Below, piece after piece: positions 35,494 through 36,557 of a stretch of 36,557 nucleotides of DNA (position 1 is the stretch's first letter; each line of letters starts with the position of its first letter). A program made the position numbers and the translations under genes. The notes beneath the pieces are model-generated. The model was not told the origin of the DNA. It did no database searches and was given only the letters and a program-made list of their open reading frames with translations. This DNA comes from Octopus bimaculoides (Eukaryota). The stretch spans positions 11,301,905 to 11,338,461 of the forward strand of contig NC_068983.1 in assembly GCF_001194135.2 (NCBI RefSeq), read 5' to 3'.

Positions 35494-35603
35494 ATCATCA
35501 TCATCATCATCATCGTTTAACGTCCGCTTTCCATGCTAGCATGGGTTGGACGATTTGACTGAGGACTGGTGAAACCGGATGGCAACACCAGGCTCCAGTC
35601 TGA
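35494..35603 (-). mobile_element. Family B 3' fragment, tail-to-tail with the preceding copy
   Basis: (CAT)n tail followed by the reverse complement of 35350-35439. Confidence 0.87.
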
Positions 35604-36557
35604 CAATGCAATTTTTATGCTGTCAGACACAGTATATTATGTGCTTTCAAACAGTTTATGTCTACCAAATTCCACACATAAGACATAATCAAAGTTAATG
35701 GTAGAGGATGCATGCCCAAGTGACTGCACAACCTGAAAGCAGGTAGTTGTAAAGCAAACTAAACTTTTCTTGGTATTTGCCAAATTATATCAGCAAATTT
35801 TCAATGGTGATTTAGCATTTACTGACGTTTACTGCAATGATATAATATACACATTTCACTAACCTCACAGAAAGGGGAAAAAAAGAGTTTAAATTACAGA
35901 CTGGTCCTGTTTATTGTTTCAAATTTTTTTCTATAGATCACAATAAGTGCAAGGTTAACCGTTTGAGCATGAGTTTGATTCTTCCTGTAGATATTGTAAT
36001 ATGCTGTCAGTCTATTAAGATGGAAGCAGACTGCACTCCTACCTCATTTGTATTACCTACTTGCTTCACTTGCTCATATATATAATATAAATATATATGT
36101 ATGTACGCATATATACACACAATAGTAGAGATGGAGAGGTTATTACTAAGCAAAAAGGGAAAAGGCGTGTGTGTGTGTGCGCACACACAAAACCACCTTG
36201 AAAAATGGTAAGCAAAACTCTGAACATTGTTGATCCTCTCATTTGTCAATCAGTTTCTCTCTCTCTTTCTCCCTTATATATATATATATATATATATATA
36301 TTCTATTCACCTAGAATTCATTGCTCTTTTAAAAATTACGATTTATGCATTGTTGTCTCTCAAATATTTAAAATCTACAATTAAGAGCCCTATCTACTCG
36401 CTGGCGGTACCTACCCACCCCTACCCATTTTCCTTTATTCAAAAATTCTTATCGCTCCTTAAAATTATGGCTTTTAAGTGTTGATTTCTCAGCCCAAGAA
36501 TTACAGCGTGATGTGCTGCTTGACTGGTCCCCCCTCTCTCTCTCTCTCTCTTTATAT

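Noticed and set aside
36197-36245. Candidate PDHA1 first exon (ATG TTC AGA GTT TTG..., - strand)
   Set aside because: Weak GTGGTT donor, phase 1 does not join the phase-0 acceptor at 34505, and there is no promoter-like context.
36410-36430. G-quadruplex candidates (also 1157-1170)
   Set aside because: Only three full G3 runs in each; the one at 1157-1170 also abuts an N-gap.

Overview
AT-rich, microsatellite-dense animal genomic DNA. The SINE families and repeat landscape suggest an Octopus (coleoid cephalopod) draft assembly; this is inference. There are four N-gaps. The window holds two convergent, intron-rich protein genes that the ORF track shows only in fragments. (1) The 3' end of VPS13D on the + strand: 12 exons from 3764 to the TAA at 20985, all GT-AG with consistent phases, and one exon spans an N-gap. 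(2) Most of PDHA1 (pyruvate dehydrogenase E1 alpha) on the - strand: 7 exons from 34505 to the TAG at 23834; the transit-peptide exons were not found. The introns contain at least four SINE-like families (labelled A-D here; three copies have clear target-site duplications), decayed LINE relics, a short MITE-like hairpin, a 22-bp minisatellite and many microsatellites. I found no CRISPR array, rRNA, genuine tRNA or clearly novel protein-coding system. The most interesting signals are intronic inverted-repeat (dsRNA-forming) structures, a fold-back SINE and a SINE nested in a LINE.
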